64,000 bases of DNA from Trichoplax sp. H2 (taxonomy: Eukaryota): the NCBI GenBank assembly GCA_003344405.1, contig NOWV01000192.1, positions 62,001 to 126,000 on the forward strand. Direction: 5' to 3'. The notes under the pieces were generated by a model. The model did no database searches. It worked only from the letters and a program-made list of their open reading frames with translations, and was not told the DNA's origin. Shown piece after piece: positions 13,209-28,200 of this stretch (positions within the stretch are counted from its first letter, which is position 1; each line of letters opens with the position of its first letter). Position numbers and translations under genes: made by a program.

Positions 13209-16200
13209 GTAAGAACTTTTTAGGCTCAATATTTCCATTCATAATCAAGCTCAAAATAAGTGCTGCAGTGACTGCAATGGAGGGTTCGATGCGTCGGATG
13301 ATGCGTGTTTAGTCACCATACAGAGTATTGTACAAGGAGTTTAAGATAAGAGACTACTTTATTGTAAAGATAGAAATTAAGGTACAGTGTGAGAGCTAGC
13401 GTAGATCAACATACAAGCTGTCGTGAAGCAGCGCGTAAAATACTAAGGCACAAATAGTTCTAGGGTAGAAAATGCCAGCATTTATATCTATTGAGTTAGA
13501 GTACTTGCATAGAACAGGATTGTAGAACTAGATATAAGAAATTCCATAACAGGTTACAGAATAGCGGATGATCGTAGAAAATTGTGAGGACTGTAATCGC
13601 CAAATGCAACAAGCTATATTTGAATGTAGAGCAAACAGTTTGTGAATTTGTCTATATTTAAGAGCAAAACAAAATATCTATATTTAAGAGTAGCTTACAG
13701 TTACAGTACAATCCCAAATACACTACATTGACAGAAAAGCGAAAAATTTTCTCATTCTAGTCTTTGAAATATAAAGTATCGATACCAAATTACAGAGCAA
13801 AGCTGCAGATTAGGTCCGACCATATTTTGCTTTCATATATAAAATTTATCGTTGTAGAATTAAATACATCATAGATTATTGGCACGTATAATTCAGATTA
13901 TCTTACTTTATGTTTTTTAAATGAAATGTAGATAAAATACGAGCACTATAGTATATTTACCAGATTGTCAAAATTTCGATATAAATATCTGAAAGATTAA
14001 ATTGCTTACCAGCGCAACAGAGATGCCAACAAACGGTATCTTCAACCATCATTTCGTTAGTTTTGTGTCATTATTTCTCTACCTTTATAATATCCAATGT
14101 ATCATAGAAGGCATACTTATCTTAGCCGCTATAAAAAAGTTCAGACCACATTTTAAGACCTATGTTCTATAATTTATTAAATAAGATAAAGTAATCGAAA
14201 TAAATGTATACGAAAGTTTGCAGTAATTCGAAATTGTGCTAATCATATTAATTTTAGTATACAAGTCAGTATAAATGCAACCTTCACTTCTACCCTATAT
14301 TATTATATTAAGTAGATTTTGTATTCTCTTAAGTTCAGAATCCGCTGACTCAAAATTTGAGTTATTAAATTTGAGCAAATTTCAAACCGACACAAAATAG
14401 ATCAGCATCGCGTGTAGCTTAGAAGTATCGTCTATTACTTTTCCACCGATCAGGGAAGAATTCTCTTTGTTTCTTTATAAGAACATAAAAACAGCTAAGA
14501 TACATTAAATATCAATTTATAGGCTTTTTGTAAACAATTCCATATAACTATCCAAATCATATTCAAGATTTCCTTTACAGTATTCTGATAATAAAGACAA
14601 AATTAGTATATAGTTCAAAAAAGTAATTTTATACGGCTGGCAGCTACAACTTATTACAGACATAGTAACAGCATAAATACTCTATTACAATTTACCAGTG
14701 ATTATCTTGTCACGAAAGTAATCTTCATGACGTGTACTTTATTTCTATGTTACGTTTTATATATGTTTATATCTCAGAAATATTTTACGGTCTCCTTAGT
14801 TGCAACTTTAGTAGTTAACAGCTGATATCCTTAATTTAGAATTAGATAAATTAAATTAGCCATTGCCAACCAGTTAAGCCTTATTGTATCTATCATCTCC
14901 AAGGTTGTTAAGGTTCAAAGTATAATTCCCAAGTTTAGGGGAAATGTCTTATTATGATAGCTTAATATGTATCTATCACTAGTTAGCCTTCGAGAGCTGA
15001 CCAAAACTGTATTATCCACTCCAACTTGATCTCAGTTTCAATCTCAAAGTGCTGCAGTAGTAGAAACTAACTTATTCCAATATCCACCGCTAGTAAGAGA
15101 TAAACAATAGCGTTTACAGTTAAGGCCTTTGTTAAACCAGAAAATAGGAATAGCACAGTATTTCTAACTACAACTTAAAGGAGACTTTCTTTTAAGTAAG
15201 ATATCTAGCCCTTTATATAGTTTTATGACTTTACGCCGTACATACAGGTGCTAAGGCTAGTTTATATCCAATGTAATATAATTACTATAATCTTATAAAT
15301 CTTACAACATTAATACTAACAGCGCATTAAGATGTTATTTTACCGTAGTAAAGCTCGTTAATTAATCGTATTTATCACATCAGCTACTTATTACTTCTCC
15401 AAGGTGGCACAAATAAATATTTGGCCTCCGCCATCTTAGTTATTGCTAACATGCTATATGCATGCTCTAGTTATCGATTAACCATTTATAATTTTCTTAG
15501 CTTAGCATATTATCAGTCTAACAATGACGTAAGTGTCACAAAACAGCTTTGCAAGAAGATAACCTAACATACGATCAATAAGTCAATCCCTTGAACTATG
15601 TGTTAAGGAATGATATCTGTACTATTAGAAAACTTTCGCTCTACTAGCAGACTACACAAAGACTTAGATGCATCGTATTTTACGTTAAACACCAAGTTTA
15701 AAAATTAATTTTATAATACGATACATTGCGTTTATATACTCTCCCTCAATAATTTACGAGTCATGGTTAGTACGATTAACTTTGGAATCATTCACTGAAT
15801 TAGACATTAATTTTAGCTATTGCTCGAAAATAACAGTATTTACGAACATAGAAATCTGATGACTAAACACAGAATAGTCTGACTACGATATGTCCTATCG
15901 CGAGACATTTCCACGATAATTTACAATCTACCATAAGTAAGTTACAATCACAATGATTCGAACTGTAAGTAAATAACTCGCATTCCATAATATAACTATT
16001 AATTTCAGTATATGTATATATGCTACTGTCATATAAAGCCAGTGCTACATTAAAATACCGTATATCCAAATTAGAAGTTAACTAAATAAGGATAAGCTAA
16101 CAAAATTATCTTAACATATATATTTCTACTCTAATAAGTATCTAACACTGTCACAGTAAGACGTCATTATTATTCCCAATTATCACAACACTTGGAGCGA

Positions 16201-19200
16201 GCTCCGTAAACAGTATCTGTTAAACTATTATTAAGTATTGATTATTATAATACCGATACAGTAAATTTAAAAGGATTAGATTGTATCTAATCTGTACTGA
16301 TAGAATCTCTTTAGAGTATTAATTTGGTTAACTTCTAATAGATGAGATGACTTCAGTACTTAAACCTGTTGTAGTTAGCGAAACCTATATAAGCGGTGGG
16401 TTTACCGATACTATATTAGATTAATATTTTTGAACAGGTTTCGAAGGTCTCGCTGAGTTAAACTCTATCTGCTTTGGAGTACCAATTGATTGGTATTTCA
16501 AATAAGAGTAGTGTAGGATAGAAATTACTCTCTCAATCCTTTTTGTAAGTCAGGGCTATTTCTAGCTCGTAACGTATCTTTAACTACTTTATTAATCATT
16601 TCAAGTTAATCAACACCTAACAATAAAGCTTGCTTTAAATTTCTGTATTTTGAATCCGCATTGTAATCATAATTAGCCAAAATTGCCATTAATACAACAA
16701 TTTATAAAGCGACCAACACTGACTAAATATTTTGCTATTATTTGTCTGTGAATTTTCAATCTACTATATTCGTAAGAGACTGACTGTGTATTTGAATGTA
16801 CTTTTATATCATTTGATAGCAGATAACTTTGAAAATAACCAATATTTTACATACATTGAAGGCATTCTTAAATTTACATATATAATATATATAAATAAAT
16901 GTATATTTTATGCCGTAAATTTGCAGCAGTTTCACCATGTCCTCAAAGTTGTTCCTGTCCGATTGACTCTGTCATAAATTGCCAAAATCCGCTCATGACC
17001 ACCTTCCCAATCCTAACAAAAGTTATGGATAAAGTAACTACTTTGTAAGTATGTTGTATATGGTTTACACAGCCGAATATTCATGTATTTTGCATTAAAT
17101 TTTACCCATGTTGAACCATATAGTGCTTTTCAAATTTGTATAACGTAAATTTTAATAGTGTTACGCTATTTTTATTAATCTCAACTCTCTCAATGCTACT
17201 TGAAATAGAGATATCACTGGTACAAGTATTCAACATATACCTAGACACGGCTTGTCTAATTATCCAAATTTGACTTCCCTGTAAGCTAAACGGAAGTTTA
17301 TATAATCGCTCCTCAAAGAAAATCTTTTGCAAAGATAATGATTTTAACGATATACAAAAAATAGTTACCTTATCCATTAATTTTACTAGCAATAAAAATA
17401 GCATATGTCACAGGATTAAAAGTGAAATTTATTGACTTGAGCAGGTATTTATTTAAAAACAAAATAAAAAATGTCGAAGAAGGAACATTTTCAAACTTAC
17501 ATAAATTGCAATATCTGTAAGTGATTGTCAATCCAAATTATACAAATATTGTTAGCCCTAGAATCCATTAATTGAAAATAAAGTTCGTTTCTTATAGTAA
17601 TGATAGCTCCTTTATTTCACTTATTAAAAGCGCCATTGGAAATGTCAGATTAAACAATTACATTCATTTGATTTAAATTCTTTGTATAGATCCTTGTCTG
17701 AAAATCAGTTGAAAATCTTGAATTCTTCTAGAATATTTGATGGATTACTAAATTTGGAATACCTGTAAGCTGTATAAAAGTTTAACACTTAGTACGGTAG
17801 ATCTATATAATTTACTATCAGCATACTTTCCTAATACATAGCTACTGTAATTAGCTAAAATCATTATAAACCTATGAAATTTAAAACTTCAAATTCTAGT
17901 TATAAACGCAGGTAATATAATAAAGCATTATTACATTACTATTTAAAAGAATGCACGTAGTATTTAGGATCTCTAAGTAAGTAAACTCTATGCCGCTACT
18001 TTAAATATATACTATCCATACTTTAATGTATATTAATGATTGATGAAAAATGTAACCTATTGTCTTTTAAGCAAGATTTATTAATAATGTAAATTCGTTA
18101 AGACACGATGCCACGTCCTAAACTAATTTTACTTTGTCTAGGAATCATAGAAATACGTAAAAATAGTGTATTGCGTATTACAAATAGAAAGCGTATTTTA
18201 ACTTTTAACTTATTTATTTCATTAAATTAGGTACTTGCAAAACAATCAAATAGATAGGATTACCAATGGAACATTCCTAAACTTGAATAAGTTAAGATTT
18301 CTGTAAGTTTCGTTATAAATATAATAACGAGATGATCAGGATTAACGGAATATAAATATTGCTGTGCTTTCTACGCTACGTTCATGTAAGATAAATTAAA
18401 AGTTACTGAAATAACTTAAGAAGGTTTACTAGATAGCAGATACTGTAAGATACAGTAAAAATTTTAAGAATATTTAAAACTTTCGTATTTTTTTAGGAAT
18501 TACTATATCTCTATAGTATGTTAACTCTCTTATTTTAACAGTAAAAAAATTAGCTATGGAAATCGGTTTCATCCGCTCTTCAAGGGCCGTAATAATCAAT
18601 TAAATTGTTATCAATATCTGATGCAGGCTTTTGAATGGGAATCTATTAAATTCTTTGAGTTCTTCAATATTTGAAGGATTAAAAAGCCTGAAATCTTTGT
18701 AAGTAAAAAATGTAAATTACTTATATTTAAAATAAATCATTCCATTTTGATTTATTAAATCAGTATTAATTCATATTTCTTAAACATTTCAATACTGGCT
18801 ACATGACATTTGAAATAAAAGTAATTATAGAATACAGCATATATGACAGAAAGAATACATGCAAAAGATAGTCTGTTATTTAGCTATGAATATTCAATGT
18901 AAAGCGTCTAATATATCAGTATCGCTAACGTATACTTTTCAAAAGATTGAAATTTTGAGAATCCTTACCCTTAAAAACTAATATTGAAAGAGGTTTCATC
19001 TTAATGGATTTAGGTACTTGCATTCCAATAGAATTGAAGCAATTAAAGATGGGGCTTTTGAAAGTTTGAACATGTTATCTAATCTGTGAGATTTCAACTC
19101 GAATAATAAGCATAAAACTCTTTTATATTTTATCTATCCAGTTTAAGAAGAATTTACCGAGCATGCCTAAAATTTCATAATTTTAAATTAGGCCATTTCA

Positions 19201-22200
19201 ACATTCTATTCGAGCTGTTGGAAAACTAAGCATTTTCATTTTGATAATCTATATATAGCGATTTATCAGATAACATATTACCTGCTTTAAATTCTTCAAG
19301 ACTGTTTGAGGGATTGGGAAAACTGAAATATTTGTAAGCTACTTAAGCTGTAAGACCGATAACAATAATTTATTGGAAATCGTTTGTAGCTTCCATAATC
19401 TAACTTGCAAGCGTAATATCCATCTTTGTCATTATTCATAACTCTGCAAAATGGCGAGTATATTCAAGCTTATTAAAGACATTGAAGTTTTTAATTAAAC
19501 TTAAAAAATTAGCTATTAACATACTGTAGATCGACAACACTTAGCTAAACGTAAAATACTGAATTTAAAGCACAATTATCTATCAATTCTTAGCCAAGCG
19601 TCAACAATTATAAAATAATAAGTAATTAGACTTAGAATCCATACAATACATACAAGAAAGCACCTTAAAACTTATTTTAGGAATTTATCTGTGTTATTAG
19701 GTATATCTATAATAACAGGATTGAAAAGATCGCAAACGAGCCCTTTGCACAATTAAATAATTTGATAAGGCTGTAAGTAATTTTGTGATGCAACCACTAT
19801 CTAATTATTTGCGAATTAAAATTGGAAGCAATTTTCCTATCTAAGAATTTTAATTTCAGCCATTTCTAAAACGTAACGGTACTTACATTATATAAACTCA
19901 ACCTTAGATCCATCGTATGCTTTTCATAGTCTTTTGTTATTATCCATTGTAGAGACCTAAATGGGAATTTATTGAACACTATTCATCCTGGAATATTTAA
20001 AGGGCTACAAAGATTGATTCACCTGTAAGCTAAATGAAATTTTAAATATTGAAATGTACTAACAGACGTTAAAAATTATTAAGGAGCACAATAATGTCTA
20101 TTCAGTTAGACTGCTAAAAAATAACTTTTCATTAATGTATGCGTATTGCTGTAATGAATTGGTTTTAATCCATTAAGTTTATAATCCACCAACTCGAAAT
20201 TTGATTATAAAAAGTGGGCAGATCTCTAAGATAACACAATTAGGTCAATACTGCATTTAGCCAAAAAGTTTCGTTTATCAATACGTAGCACGCTTATCAG
20301 AGAAAAATTTACTTCTCCTGCTCTCATTAGAATAGTTTTCATTAGCAAAAGATAAACTGGAAAATATTGTAGCTGCAATACGGCACATTTTATAGATTAA
20401 CCGCAAAATAGATATTCTACGATTGGAGGTTTAACGTAATAGAATAATCTAAGTCACATAGTGAAAGCTTACTTAAAATTACTGTAGGATATTAATTATA
20501 CATTGCTACTGAATTAGCTCAATCATTGGAATTGCTAACATGATGTTTGAGATGATGAAATATAGAAGAGTTCATCTCACAGCTATTTATTGTAGAAGAA
20601 AATCCTAAACACATTTTCAGACGATGTGAACATAAATGAATGAAATCGATATCTTACGTAAAAGAAAATTGATTAAGAATTGAGAGGTTGTCGTTATGAA
20701 TTTAGGTACATATACCAAAATAAAATTGTAAGTATCGAAAAAAGAACATTCGCTGGCCTGTATAAATTGACTCACCTGTAAGATGTCTTCTTATATGATT
20801 GATTTCCGGCATTTTCTATTTTAAATTTATTAAGCAATCTTTCTTCGTGCAATAATATTGCAACGGTTATAATTTCTAAACCAGACTTATCTCCTATCTT
20901 ATATGAGTTTATACCACATTTGCCTGCAATGTTCTCATAAATACATGATATAGGTCATTGCAAGGAAATCTTTTGCGAGGTTTGAATTCTCCTGGAATAT
21001 TTGAAGGGATTAGAAGATTACGTCACCTGTAAGCTACGTATAAGTATACTGTAATTACATACCTATGTGAATGGCACATTACAAACTACTGGTATCCATT
21101 ACAGGAAATAAATTAAAAAAATATTAATTCTGTAATTTTTACAATTCTACATCGCTAAAACAATTTTTTTAAGAGTTATGTTGTTTACCGTACAGATAAT
21201 CGATCATTTTGTAAAATGACTTATTATCGCATTTCACTTATAAATAATCAATTACACAATAACTATTTTTGTCTCATTTTACCTATAAAATAATTAATAA
21301 ATAAATTTATTTAGATATTTAGGAAACAATAAGATAGAAAAAATAGTAGACGGAGCATTCGCAGATCTTTACTGGTTAATGACACTGTGAGTAATCACAT
21401 TGTTTGATACATTTAAATAGCTATTAGATATATGCAGAGTAAAGCTCTTGCGTCATTGTATATGCCAAGATAGATTAGGAACAATTTTATATAGCAAATT
21501 TTTTTTCCTGAGGTAGACAACCTAAATAATATTGTAATATTCTTTATTGTTAATGAATTACTCAGTGATTTGAAGGACAATTTATTGAAAGCCTTAAACT
21601 CCCAGAAAATACTGCAAGGATTATATAACTTAAAGTACCTGTAAGTTTAATCTGTTACCATGGGTAAAAAGTAAGGAATATGAGATACTGCAGTAATCAG
21701 TAGCAATTTAATTAATTATTTGCTCGCAATTTCGTACAGTACATTCTGCGAGTTATACATGAAGACTGCTGTTGTGCTTTTAGCCTTCTAGTTAACTAAA
21801 TATACGGTAGATAATTTCGTAATTACGTAAAAAAGCAATGCTATGATAAAGATTTTACTAAGTAATAGGATTGGTTTTATTAATTATAGATACCTAGACA
21901 GAAATCAAATAGAAAGAATTACAGATAAAGTTTTTGCCAATTCTAGATTTCTCTATAAATTGTAAGGTGTAATGAATTGACTATAAGACACACTGCTAAA
22001 AAATACTGCTACCAATATAAATTTGAAAACTTATTTCATTTTGCACCTTATGTAAATTCTCGGCATAACTATTTAAATTATCGTGCGATGATAATTGGAG
22101 CAGAAGCTTTGATAGCAACCTGCTGCTGGCTCTGACTTCTCCAGGAGTATTCCAAGGATTAACAAATTTGCAACAATTGTAAGTCATATTTAAATCATTT

Positions 22201-25200
22201 CCTAGAATAAATAGCTGCAAGTTGTAGCTCTGAAAGCTTCCAATTATCAATGTTTACTTTAATAAGTAATTTTAGTTCAACTACTTTAATTCGTACTATA
22301 TGTTTGAAAATTTCGAAGAGCGAGTGCTCACGCTAATTAGCAATACATTTTATACGGTACGGACTGGATACTAAATAGAAATCTATGATTTACTTTATTA
22401 TATAGTACTTCAGGTATTATCAATAATAAATGAAATTACTGTGTCTCGATAAGTTTCCATTGAGTTTAATCATCTTCGTTCAGGATCTCATATTTCATCG
22501 CAGCATTACAAGCTTACAATAGTATCATTACTCTAGAGTAATTCTTATTTCTTAGGCTACATACTTCTTAATGTAACTGCGATAAAGTGTTTTCAACTAT
22601 CAAACCGAAAACTAGTATTTCTTATAGAATTCACTTTATTACGCAAAATCTTATTTGCCCAGTAATACCAAGGACTATTGTCACGGTACAAACTACCGAG
22701 AAGAATTGAATGACTAAATTAAGTACATGTACATTTATATATGGTGATTACAATTAGTTACTTGCAGTGAGAATTACTGAAGCTATAATGTGGCACATTA
22801 AATTATGTATTACTGCAAATAAAATTCTTATCTAGTAATAGAATACAGATCAAGCCCTTGTAATTGAAATTTTGACAATAAGTAGATTGTAGATGTATTG
22901 AAAGACTCTGTAATCCGATTAGGTAAAATCAGTTAGTACATGTCATTTTCGATAATAATAATTATTGGTACAAGATGTTTCATCAATGTTAGCCACGACC
23001 GAAAGGTATTTAAGCCCGGCGGATGATTGAACAAAATCAGTTCTCTAGTTTTGTGATGTAAAAGCAAAGGCATCTAAGTCGTTGTTAGTATTTAAGGGAC
23101 GCTGAATCACGAAAAGATTAGAAATTTAGAGATTCGTTTTTCGTAAGGCTTGCCGCAAAGCTAATTTGTGACAAATATCCATCTTTAATCATTTATTCAC
23201 AAATTATGCTTGTGTATGCATAACACTTGCATAACATACTTGATGTTAATAAAGCGATGGGAATTTTAAGGCAGATGAGTATTGACTACCAGAAGTAAGA
23301 GAAAGTATATCATTCTTAATCTTACTTAAATTTCTATTGTAATTTGGTTAACCCCTACTACAACGTTTCGTTGAGAGCCATATCATAATCATTAGCCACG
23401 AATTATAATGTAGTATTAACAATATTTAAGTAGATGATGCAGATTGGTACTGCATTCCGTATGTGAGATTGATCATAACTGTTTAAGGAAATACTAAATA
23501 GAGACGATAATAGATATCTGGTCACACTAAAGGATGAATTTAATCTTATAAATTGTATGAAAATCAGCATTAAAATCTAAAAGGTAATGTCTGAACAATG
23601 TTTTATGGACATACGTATGCTGGTATTATAGGTATTTGAATGGAAATAAAATATCCCGAATAGCGGATGGAGTTTTTGCACCATTTCGTAATTTAATCCA
23701 GCTGTAAGTTGCAGTACATTGATAATCAAAATCAGCTAAAATGGCTAGATTACCTACTAATCCTTACCCTAACCCTATTTCTAATAACAATATATTACTC
23801 CTTTCTAATTAATCGTTGATTAAGTGCTCCTTGAATCACTAGGATAATTTCAGAACGTTTTATAAACCAAATGTATTGTTAATATCTGCTTTCTCGTTAC
23901 TATTCGATAATATAGAGGTTACCCTATTTTACTGAACTTAAATTTATTTTCACTTTTCAAGTTTCTGTTCTATAGCATCAATCAGAAGTAATTAATTTTA
24001 GTTACGAATTTCTTACCGATTTTCAGGATGCTTAACGAAAATTCATAAACACACTCATAATTTATCGAAAACGATGCTTTGAACCTTCACTATTGCACTT
24101 TTAAATACCGTTTTAAACCTGTAGTAGATTTATAAAAATTGCAGTAAGTAACATTTAATAATCTGAAAGAAAGTAATGCCGATGTTTAGTCTCTGCTCTT
24201 CGGTTTATACAACGAAAAGTTACTCTAGAATTTGAATTATCTCACCTCACCAGTTTACCTTTCATAGAAAGTCTGTAGTAGCCCTAAAATGTCGATTTTT
24301 ATGTATTACTTGTTAGAATGATTACTTCGTATAATATATGGAATATGTAATAGAAATGAAATTATGATTGAATTTAGAAATTACTTTAAAGATAAGAAGT
24401 GCAGAAAGGAATTTATCATTTTTATGACTAATTAATCTTATAATTTTTCATGCAATGTAATATAATTATTACTAGTCGATTGACAAATAACGGGATACAG
24501 AACTTGCAAAATATAAGCTTTAGGGGCTTAATTAAACTGAGAACCTTGTAAGTCACTAAAAAGCGATCAATGCTATCTCCTGATATTAATAGATTCAGGT
24601 TTTTTGCTAGACTGTAATGTTTGCGTCAGAAATTTCTAAGGAATTTGAATTGTTAGATATATAGAACGGAACAGAATTACGGATATACCGGCTGAAATAC
24701 TAAAGAATATGCCTGAATTGATTAATTTGTAAAGTATTTCAGAGTTCATCAAAATGATTACGCGTACCAGTAATTACGTTACGACCTCCATCAACTTAAC
24801 TAATAGTGTTCTAGCATCTTTATAATGCTTAATTTAGCAATCTATTTAGATATTTAAATATTCCAATATTGAGTTAATGAATACTTTTTTGATTTATACA
24901 AATAAAATAATAGCTATGCAGGCACAAATTTGATTACTAAAATAAGCCACAAGTCTTGGGAAGGCACAACTAAAATAAGGATTATGTAAGACAAGATATT
25001 TCAACACTTTTAATATAAGAGTAGATTGCGTTGTAATCTTTCTGCTTTATGCATAGGTGGTATCAGCTATGTATTTGAAAGTAATTACTATGATAACTAA
25101 CAATACGTGCACGATTTATTTTCTTGTTTCTGGAATAAACCTAGATAAAATATCAGTCGCTATTATGGACGTAATCCAGGGTATAATTCCGTCTTTTATA

Positions 25201-28200
25201 ATAGAAAATTAATCTTTAGATATCAGTGACTACTTTGCAAGATTACTCTAAAATATTTATTCGACCTTTATTCGACCGGTAAAATTCAAAACTTAAGTCG
25301 TTTATACTATATTCAGTGTAAACCAGTTTAGGTAAAATTATTTTTGATAATAAATTTAAGGACTGATTTCCTTATAGAACATATGAATTAATATAATTAT
25401 CTGTAGCAGTCACAATTGATCCACGAATAACCTCTAGATAAAACTTTAATAAATTTATACTGAACTACAGAGTAATTGTAGCAATAGATTAAGATAACGA
25501 CATTTAATGACTAATTTTAAATAATTAGATCATATAGAGCTGTTGACAAAATCGTTGAGTATAGAATATCAAATCTATTTTAGCCAGTGTGTACAAGAGC
25601 ACTGGCTGCTTTCTATCAATCACAATCTCAATCATAATCTCAATCACAAAATTAGAAAACCAGTTACAGGATATCATATAATTTATATTAGCATAGTTAT
25701 TATCATAGCAACTCTTACTGGCAATATGTAGCCTCAAATATAATTATTGTATAGTCTATGATAATTAAAATTTATTAAATTTAAGGTTAATTTTTATACT
25801 GGCAAGTCAATAGTTTTACCCTAGTATAATTTTCTTTTAGCTATCTTTCGAATATTACATAGATGCGTATTGGACTGAAACATTGTTATTCTATCTTTAG
25901 AGACCTATCTATCAATGCAATTGAGAACTTTAGCAGATTAGCATTTTCCAAACTCACTAATTTGCGAGATTTGTAAGTTATTATTAAATTATTAAGTAGT
26001 TGCGCACATAATCCCTATGAATCCGTTTTTGTCCTTTAAAATTTCTTACGATGAGAAATATGTTCATTTCTAGGAGACTAAGTGTTAACAATCTGGCTCA
26101 TTTGGAAGACTTTATGTTTTCTAATCTAGCCAGTCTCATAACTATGTAAGTAAATTGCAATATTCTTGATTGCATACATATATAGTAATGATTGTCAATA
26201 ACGTATTTTAGTAGTACTCTATTGCGCGGTTTAAGTACATGCTATAAAAGTTTTAATTTAATATTTATCTCATTTTATCTCATTTTAGCCAGCTACATGG
26301 AAATGATTTGCACATTATTCGAACTTATTCATTTTATGGACTTTGGAAATTGGAAACTCTGTAATATTATAGCCACTTAAACTTACCAATGCATAAAGAT
26401 ATTATCGCAGCAATTCTTGTACACATTCTATATATTAATCGCTTAATATGACAGAAAATAAAGCTTAGTGATCTTTTTGACTTAGGATTCTTTATAATAA
26501 CAAAATTGAAGTAATTCAGCCTAGAGCCTTTTCTAATCTAACGAAGCTATCATCCATGTAAGTTATTGTAGTAGTTTATTTATCCGTTCTCTTCGTGCTA
26601 ATCCTCAGAATTCAACATAATCACAAATGTAGTCAAAATAGAGTAGCTGATATTATAATTGCTTAAATACTTACGGCAGCAAATATAATACTATACTTCT
26701 TTTGAATTTATAATATTCCTTCAATGTCTACTTGTCATAAACTTGTCTTTGTGATCGACTAAACTATTTTACTAGCTATTTAACGAGCTCCTACTAACTA
26801 AGGAGATAAAGTAATACTTTGAATTAGACTGACTACTGTCTCATAAGTACCATAAGCGGCTAGAAGTTTGTTTAGCTTTTTAAGAGTCTTTATTCTAAGT
26901 TTATACAAAAAGTATGAACCTTGGTGTACAACTAAGAGATAGTAACTGAGCAATCAAAATGTTACACTAGCTAACATGTATTTGCCATAAACTAAAGGGG
27001 CATTGTTGATATATGCTGGCTGTACCATTTTACTTACATTAGCATTAGAATGAGAGATAAGTTTATAATATAACACACTATAGAATCTAATAGTAAACAA
27101 CCTTAATCAATATAAATCACTTAACGATCAATTAAGACCTTGAGAATCAGTACCAAATAAATCATTTAAGAGACTCAAATTAATGATAACTCAATAATAA
27201 GTAAGGTTGGTGCTAAATTAAATATCATAATAAACATAATCATGTCATAGTCTATTATCACTTCCAACTAGAAATTAATTTACACATAACAAGAATTAAC
27301 ATCGTGACTTTACTCTACATGACTTTCTAAATGAAAGGAATTAAAATTATTTAATATTTACTCTATCTTTTATTGTATTATTACGGTGCTTTACCACCAT
27401 AAGGTAATTAATTACTAATGTTGTTTACCAATTTTGCCTATACTGAGTCCTGATATTGATTGTAAGATATAATCTTATACTAAACGTAGAAAATGATTAG
27501 AGCTCAGTTTGCTAGAATGCACCAGCGGCTGCTCCAAGAGAGTATAAAAGGAGCGAGCTAACAACGACAAGTTGTTCCGAAATCCAGTAGTCCTAAAGGC
27601 TCGCCGAGCAATATAAAAAACTTTTTAACTAAATACTTTTCGAGTGATTGATTACCTATTCGTAACCGGAGTGCATTATGATATTAGTTACTAGAGGAGT
27701 TGACCGTTCACAAAAAGAAAATTTGTGACATATATGCATAGCTAATGGTTATAAGATATAATTTCCAAAGTAGAAAAGTAGTAAATTCCTTTCTACGCTA
27801 TCGAAATCAAAATCATTCGTGCCTGAGTTAACGTCGAAATTTATATCCTTTATTCATACCACACTTTATTTCACTAATTTCGTTTTTCGTCATGCCACGC
27901 TACCGTACTTACGGTAGTTCCTATGTACCGTATACAGTATAATATTAATGTTCATAAGGATAATACTGAATATATAAGTACTTTATGAAGTAGTTTTATA
28001 TTTCTATTGCCTTTTAGCAATCTGTCTTGGAATAGGATAGCGTCTATCAGTAACTATATGTTTAGCGATCTTCCTTCTTTGACAGAATTGTAAGTTGAGT
28101 TTGTATTGATATAAGCAGTTTCAATAAACGATCTTCTAATATCGACAAGCTAATAAAAACTAAAAGATTGTTTAAATATGTTTCGTGATTCGTCAACTAT

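Larger units (their letters stand above)
14708..16574 (+). mobile_element. TG...CA element family E, copy 1 (outer layer of triple nest)
   Basis: TGTCACGAAAG...CGTAACG, perfect TSD TATCT; the two halves rejoin to match the uninterrupted copy at 33637-34257. Confidence 0.87.

Noticed and set aside
23757-23780. Telomere-like CCCTAA motifs
   Set aside because: Only two or three degenerate units; compatible with chance.
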